NCBI RefSeq assembly: GCF_001194135.2
Contig: NC_068986.1
Coordinates: forward strand, 24,732,736 to 24,765,356
Origin: Octopus bimaculoides
Taxonomy: Eukaryota
DNA length: 32,621 nucleotides
Direction of reading: 5' to 3'
Part shown: positions 31,801 through 32,621 of the stretch, one piece after another
Position numbering within the stretch: position 1 is the first letter of the stretch
How the letters are laid out: every line of letters starts with the position of its first letter
Translations under genes and position numbers: made by a program
Notes under the pieces: model-generated
Seen by the model: only the letters and a program-made list of their open reading frames with translations
The model's database searches: none
What the model was told of the DNA's origin: nothing

Positions 31801-32172
31801 TGTGTGTGTGTATGTATGTACGTGTGTGTGTATGTATGTATGTATGTAAGTATGTGTGTGTGTGCGTGTATGTATGTCATTATTCAGTTTATTGCAAGAT
31901 TTCTTGCCAATAAAGAGCCGGTTTCTAACCTAGATCCAAGGCTCCTTCATTAAAATTTTAACATCAACAAGGTATTTTTGTTTGTATGTATGTATGTATG
32001 TAGGTAGGTAGGTAGGTAGGTATGTATGAATGTTTGTATGTATGTTTGTATGTATGTATGTATGTGTGTGTATGTATGTATGTATGTATGTATGTATGTA
32101 TGTGTGCGTGTATGTATGTCATTATTTCAACATCAATAATGTATGTATGTATGTATGTATGTATGTATGTGT
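31698..32172. repeat. (TATG)n/(TG)n degenerate microsatellite blocks
   Basis: TATG-rich tracts at 31698-31878 and 31982-32172. Confidence 0.92.
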
Positions 32173-32522
32173 AATTTTGTATGTTTTATGTATGCATTCC
32201 CATACGTATAGCTGCATATCTAGACATGCTCATACATAATTATTGGAACCTTTGAGGGTAACTATAGCTTTTGATGTAAAGTTTGGTGCCAATCCCTCCA
32301 CGATTTTCCATACGTATATCACTGCATATATACATACGTGTGTGAGTTTATGCTTATTTATAATAGAAACAAAACAAATTTACATTAACAGTTAAAAAAA
32401 GACACTATACTTTTGTAGAGTACAAGGATTTTCTGGACAGCGACTTCGAAATTTCGTCCGATGATGGCTCAACTGACCGAAACTTCGACACTGTTAACAA
32501 CTTTCTTCTTTAAGAAAAGTTA

Positions 32523-32526
<4 letters not shown>

Positions 32527-32578
<52 letters not shown>

Positions 32579-32582
32579 CGCG
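32527..32582. repeat. (TG)n microsatellite
   Basis: Pure TG run. Confidence 0.96.
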
Positions 32583-32621
32583 CGTATATTTAGAGAAGGG
32601 AACAGCGTCGTTTTCTTTTTA

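Overview
Repeat-dominated, AT-rich eukaryotic window with six assembly gaps and no intact protein-coding gene that I can support. The SINE families, microsatellite load and TTAGGG repeat suggest a cephalopod (Octopus-like) genome; this is inference from family recognition. Contents: about 18 tRNA-derived SINE copies or fragments from at least five families; an intron-containing tRNA-Leu(CAA) with several non-canonical bases; decayed LINEs (an ORF1-only HAL1-like element with a frameshifted CCHC knuckle, an RTE remnant, a Dong/R4-like RT next to a (TAA)n tract); two mariner remnants, one a fold-back of two 5' ends; a hAT MITE with an 8-bp TSD; and an inverted interstitial telomere repeat. The most unusual signal is a set of minimal type I hammerhead ribozyme folds. 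The best is at the 3' end of a tRNA-headed SINE-like element that also has a perfect 18-bp fold-back at its 5' end, which suggests a SINE mobilised by a Penelope-like element. Most ORFs in the supplied track are microsatellite or gap artefacts.
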